From NCBI GenBank assembly GCA_964291395.2, contig OZ219856.1:224001-288000 (forward strand): a stretch of 64,000 nt of DNA, given 5' to 3'. The stretch comes from Alphaproteobacteria bacterium. Its GTDB lineage: Bacteria; Pseudomonadota; Alphaproteobacteria; UBA2966. Positions within the stretch are counted from its first letter, which is position 1. Each line of letters starts with the position of its first letter. Position numbers and translations under genes: made by a program. The notes under the pieces were generated by a model. The model saw only the letters and a list, made by a program, of their open reading frames with translations, had not been told where the DNA came from and did not search any database. Positions 59,818 through 64,000 of this stretch are shown here, in pieces.

Positions 59818-62800
59818 ATGACCGCCTACGCCGAGCTTCAGGTCTCGACCAATTTCTCGTTCCTCCGCGGGGCTTCCCATGCCGAGGAACTGGTGGCGAC
59901 GGCGGCCGAACTCGGCCACGCGGCCCTCGCGGTGACCGACCGCAATACCCTGGCCGGCGTGGTGCGGGCGCACGTCGCCGCCAAGGAGATCGGCCTGCCG
60001 CTTGTCGTCGGAACCCGCCTGGACCTTCAGGATGAATTGAGCTTGCTCGTCCTGCCACGGGATCGGCCGGCCTATGGACGGCTCTCGCGGCTTCTCACGC
60101 TGGGCAAGCGGCGGGCGCCGAAGGGCGATTGCCATCTCACGCTCAACGATCTGCTCGGCGAGGAAAACGACGGTGGCGAAAGTCAGGTCTGGATCATCCT
60201 GCCGCCTGACGGGAGGCTACCTGGTGCGGCCTTCGTGGAGCAGCTCGGCGGCGTTGGAGAGCGGGCCGCCGGTCCGGTTTACCTGGCCGCTTCCTGCCTC
60301 TACCGGGGTGATGACGCCAAGCGCCTCAAGCACTTGGCTCATGTAGCGGCGACCTGCCGCACACCTCTCATCGCCACCAACGACGTTCACGCCCATGCCG
60401 CATACCGCCGGCCGCTGCAGGACGTACTCACCTGCATCCGCGAGCATTGCACCATCGACGAGGCGGGCTACCGGCTGTTCGCCAATGCCGAGCGTCACCT
60501 GAAGCCGCCGGAGGAGATGGCGCGCCTGTTCGCCGACTATCCCGAAGCCGTGGCCCGCACGGTGGAGGTCGCCGAGTCCTGTGCCTTCAATCTCGACGAA
60601 CTGCGCCACGAATATCCCGACGAGACCGGACCCGACGGCCACCCGCCTCAAGAGGTGCTCGTACGTCTCACCTGGGAAGGCGCTCACAGACGATATCCCG
60701 GTGGCATCCCCGACAAGGTGCGCGGATTGCTCGAACGTGAACTCGACCTGATCGGGCAACTCGACTACGCCCCCTACTTTCTCACGGTTCAAGATATCGC
60801 CCGATTCGCCCGAAGCCAGGGCATCCTGTGCCAGGGACGAGGGTCGGCGGCCAACTCGGCGGTCTGTTACTGCCTCGGCATCACGGCCGTGGATCCCGAT
60901 CGTATCGGTCTGCTGTTCGAGCGCTTCGTCTCTGCCGAGCGCAATGAGCCGCCCGATATCGACGTCGACTTCGAGCACGAACGCCGCGAACGGGTCATCC
61001 AGTATATCTACGGCCGTTACGGCCGCGACCGGGCCGGCATCGCCGCGACGGTGATCAGCTATCGCACCCGAAGTGCCGTGCGTGAGGTGATCAAGGCGCT
61101 CGGCTTGTCCCCCGACGTCGCCGGGGCCGTGAATGGTCTCGTGTGGGGGTCGAGTCGCGGTAAGCCGATCGACGAGGACCGGGTTCGCGAGGCCGGCCTC
61201 GACCCCGCCGATCAGCGCCTCCGGCTCGCGCTCGCCCTCGCGCACGAACTTCAAGGCTTTCCCCGCCACCTGTCGCAGCACGTCGGAGGCTTCGTCATCA
61301 CACGCGGCCCGCTCTCCGAGGTCGTCCCCATCGGCAATGCCGCCATGAAGGACCGCACCCACATCGAGTGGGACAAGAACGACCTGGATGCCTTGGGGAT
61401 CCTGAAGGTGGATGTTCTCGGCCTCGGCATGCTCACCTGCATCCGCAAGGCTTTTGAGCTCATCGAGCGGCACTACGGACGACCGCTCACCCTGGCGACC
61501 GTCCCGCAGGAAGATCCGGCCGTCTACGACATGTTGTGCCGTGCCGATTCGATCGGCGTTTTTCAGGTCGAGAGCCGGGCGCAGATGTCGATGCTGCCGC
61601 GGCTCAAACCCCGGAATTTCTACGATCTCGTCGTCGAGGTCGCGATCGTCCGTCCGGGACCGATCCAGGGCGATATGGTGCATCCCTACCTGCGTCGCCG
61701 GAACGGGGAAGAGCCGATCGAATACCCCTCGCCCGAACTCGAAGAGGTGCTCGGCAAGACCTTCGGCGTCCCGCTGTTCCAGGAGCAGGCCATGCGCATC
61801 GCCATCGTTGCCGCCGGATTCTCTCCGGCCGAGGCGGATGGTCTGCGTCGGGCCATGGCGGCCTTTCGTCGTACCGGACGGGTCGGCAACTTCCGGGACA
61901 AATTCGTCGACGGCATGGTCGAGCGCGATTACGGACGGGATTTCGCCGAGCGCTGCTTCCGTCAGATCGAAGGATTCGGCGATTACGGCTTTCCCGAATC
62001 CCACGCCGCGAGCTTCGCGCTGCTGGTCTACGTATCGGCATGGATCAAATGCCACTATCCCGCGGTCTTTGCCTGCGCCCTCCTGAATGGTCAGCCCATG
62101 GGATTCTATGCCCCTGCCCAGATCGTTCGCGATGCTCGCGACCACGGGGTCCAGGCGCGGCCCGTCGACGTCGCGTTCAGCGACTGGGATTGTACGCTGG
62201 AGTCCACCGGACGTGGTGACGTGGCGCTGCGTCTGGGCTTCCGCCAGATCAAGGGGTTCAAGAAAGAGGAGGCCGACGCTCTCGTCGCGGCTCGCGCCGA
62301 ATGCCGCCACGACGGCAACCGCCTTTGCGTTCGCGGCCTGTGGCGGCGGGCCCGTCTCGGCAGGGCTGTTTTCGAACGACTGGCCCGGGCCGACGCCTAT
62401 CGCTCACTCGGCCTCAACCGGCGCGAGGCTCTCTGGGAGGTTCGGGCGCTCGACCCCGAGCCGCTGCCGCTCTTCCCCCTGGACGACGGGGCGGGAGAGG
62501 GGCCAGAGCCGTTGGTCCCGCTTCCATCGGCGGCGATCGGGGAGGAGGTGATCGACGATTACGCCGCTCTCAAGCTCACCCTGCGGACCCATCCCTTGGC
62601 GCTCCTCCGTCCCGAACTGGCCGCCCAGGGCGCGGTCCCGGCTTCCCGTCTGTCGGATCACCCGGCGGATACCGACGTCACCGTTGCCGGCTTGGTGATT
62701 TGCCGGCAGCGGCCGGGAACGGCGAGTGGCGTGATCTTCGGCACCCTCGAAGACGAGGAAGGAATCGCCAACCTCGTCATCTGGTCCAAGGTGTTCGAGC

Positions 62801-63024
62801 GTTACCGCAAGGTGGTCATGCGCGCCCGGCTGCTGCTGGCCACGGGGCGCCTGCAACGCGAAGGCCTCGTGATTCATGTCGTCGTTACGCGGCTCGTCGA
62901 TCTCACGCATCGGCTCGATGCATTGGCCGGGGGTCACGGCCGTCTCCTCGATGTTCCGGCGGCGAACGCCACACGCCACCGGGTCCCGCTACACGCCTCG
63001 TTTCCCTCGCGTGACTTTCACTAG
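59818..63024 (+). CDS. dnaE2: Error-prone DNA polymerase DnaE2 (ImuC)
   Basis: YAELQVSTNFSFLRGAS, GRGSAANS, PPDIDVDFEH, YGFPESHAASF, C-terminal SRDFH. Confidence 0.97.
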   Translation: MTAYAELQVSTNFSFLRGASHAEELVATAAELGHAALAVTDRNTLAGVVRAHVAAKEIGLPLVVGTRLDLQDELSLLVLPRDRPAYGRLSRLLTLGKRRAPKGDCHLTLNDLLGEENDGGESQVWIILPPDGRLPGAAFVEQLGGVGERAAGPVYLAASCLYRGDDAKRLKHLAHVAATCRTPLIATNDVHAHAAYRRPLQDVLTCIREHCTIDEAGYRLFANAERHLKPPEEMARLFADYPEAVARTVEVAESCAFNLDELRHEYPDETGPDGHPPQEVLVRLTWEGAHRRYPGGIPDKVRGLLERELDLIGQLDYAPYFLTVQDIARFARSQGILCQGRGSAANSAVCYCLGITAVDPDRIGLLFERFVSAERNEPPDIDVDFEHERRERVIQYIYGRYGRDRAGIAATVISYRTRSAVREVIKALGLSPDVAGAVNGLVWGSSRGKPIDEDRVREAGLDPADQRLRLALALAHELQGFPRHLSQHVGGFVITRGPLSEVVPIGNAAMKDRTHIEWDKNDLDALGILKVDVLGLGMLTCIRKAFELIERHYGRPLTLATVPQEDPAVYDMLCRADSIGVFQVESRAQMSMLPRLKPRNFYDLVVEVAIVRPGPIQGDMVHPYLRRRNGEEPIEYPSPELEEVLGKTFGVPLFQEQAMRIAIVAAGFSPAEADGLRRAMAAFRRTGRVGNFRDKFVDGMVERDYGRDFAERCFRQIEGFGDYGFPESHAASFALLVYVSAWIKCHYPAVFACALLNGQPMGFYAPAQIVRDARDHGVQARPVDVAFSDWDCTLESTGRGDVALRLGFRQIKGFKKEEADALVAARAECRHDGNRLCVRGLWRRARLGRAVFERLARADAYRSLGLNRREALWEVRALDPEPLPLFPLDDGAGEGPEPLVPLPSAAIGEEVIDDYAALKLTLRTHPLALLRPELAAQGAVPASRLSDHPADTDVTVAGLVICRQRPGTASGVIFGTLEDEEGIANLVIWSKVFERYRKVVMRARLLLATGRLQREGLVIHVVVTRLVDLTHRLDALAGGHGRLLDVPAANATRHRVPLHASFPSRDFH

Positions 63025-63123
63025 ACCGCGAATGGTCGTTCCCGCCTCGGTGGGCGCTACTGGTCGCGCGCTCCGGCGCTTGCTATAACGCGGTCGTCCA
63101 GCGGCACGGAGTGGTCGAACAGG

Positions 63124-64000
63124 TTGTCGAGCGTAGCGGAAACTCTCACCGAGGCTGCCCGTCAGTATCAGGCGGGAAATCATGAAGCCGCAAAGAACCT
63201 CTGCGAAAAGCTCGTCGCGGCGGAACCCGACAACGCCGATGCCCTGAACTTCCTGGGCCTGATCGATCATCGGGCGGGTGCTCACGCGGCGGCAGCGAAC
63301 TGGATCGCGCGTGCTCTGGAGGTCGAGCCGGAGAACGCGGCATTCCATTACAATCTCGGCGAGACCCTGCGCGCACGGGAAAGGGTCGACGAGGCGATCG
63401 CCGCCTACTACCGGGCGCTCAACTTCGATCCCGCCTTCGCCAACGCTTACACCAGCATTGGAATTCTCTGCCTGACCCGGAACCGCCTTCCGGAAGCAGC
63501 GGACGTCCTGCGGCGCGCCACCGCCTACAGGCCCACGGACGGCGCCGCGTACGCGCGCCTGGGTGCCGCCCAGGCCGAGCGTGGCGAACTCGACGAGGCG
63601 CTCACGACCTTCGCCCGGGCCATCCGCTTCGAGCCCGGCAACACCGCTTACTTTCAGCACTTCGTGCAGGCGCTCAACGCCTACCCCTTCCCGTCCATGC
63701 CCTCCGGGCTCATCATGGAGCTTCGGACCTGTTTCGATCTCGACAATATCGCGCATCAAGCGCTGGTTCCGGTAGCGACCGCCGTTCTCAAGAGAGACGA
63801 GCGGTTCGCGGGGCTTCTGGCGATGACCGATAGCGAGGACATCGTCGCGATCATGGCCGCTGCCGCGGGTGGCGTGTTCGACGACCTCCTCTCTGAACCC
63901 CTGCTGTTGGGACTGCTCGTCAACACCGTCATCACGGACGATGAAGTGGTCAGGGTTCTGTCGGCGGTCCGCCGGTCCATTATCCTGCAGGGGCACCAGG
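63124..64000 (+). CDS. TPR-repeat protein, runs off the window end
   Basis: Open frame from TTG 63124 to the end: ...EPDNADALNFLGLI...ENAAFHYNLGETL...AFANAYTSIG...AAYARLGAA, i.e. tandem TPR units. Absent from the ORF track because there is no stop codon in the window. Confidence 0.85.
   Translation, partial: MSSVAETLTEAARQYQAGNHEAAKNLCEKLVAAEPDNADALNFLGLIDHRAGAHAAAANWIARALEVEPENAAFHYNLGETLRARERVDEAIAAYYRALNFDPAFANAYTSIGILCLTRNRLPEAADVLRRATAYRPTDGAAYARLGAAQAERGELDEALTTFARAIRFEPGNTAYFQHFVQALNAYPFPSMPSGLIMELRTCFDLDNIAHQALVPVATAVLKRDERFAGLLAMTDSEDIVAIMAAAAGGVFDDLLSEPLLLGLLVNTVITDDEVVRVLSAVRRSIILQGHQ

Overview
GC-rich bacterial chromosome segment, most likely from an alphaproteobacterium (glyQ-glyS-ppdK, DUF1285-NUDIX-CCA enzyme and MoxR-DUF58-DUF4159 blocks, alphaproteobacterial GAAC-N7-GAAC LexA box). 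Bases ~1-20.9 kb are an accessory region ending at the 3' end of tRNA-Glu(CTC). It holds two hydantoinase/5-oxoprolinase systems, a TRAP transporter, a 2-oxoglutarate dioxygenase coupled to an atypical SHMT-like enzyme, a threonine aldolase, an isochorismatase-family protein lacking its catalytic Cys, IS630 and HicB relics, and an apparently lower-GC two-gene cassette. That cassette encodes a SAMHD1-like HD dNTPase plus a YwgA/Panacea-like partner and is the best candidate for an uncharacterised defence or toxin-antitoxin system. The rest (~21-64 kb) is mostly housekeeping: gmhA, tRNA-Gln, sulfatase, glutathionyl-hydroquinone reductase, a GNAT preceded by a possible Arg-rich leader peptide, the MoxR operon, CCA enzyme, tRNA-Pro, ispB, glyQS, ppdK, UDG, tag, ygfZ, dihydroorotase, acuI, cysQ, a LexA-boxed imuA-imuB-dnaE2 cassette and a truncated TPR gene. 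No CRISPR array or rRNA was seen. All calls come from reading motifs by eye; no database searches were run.
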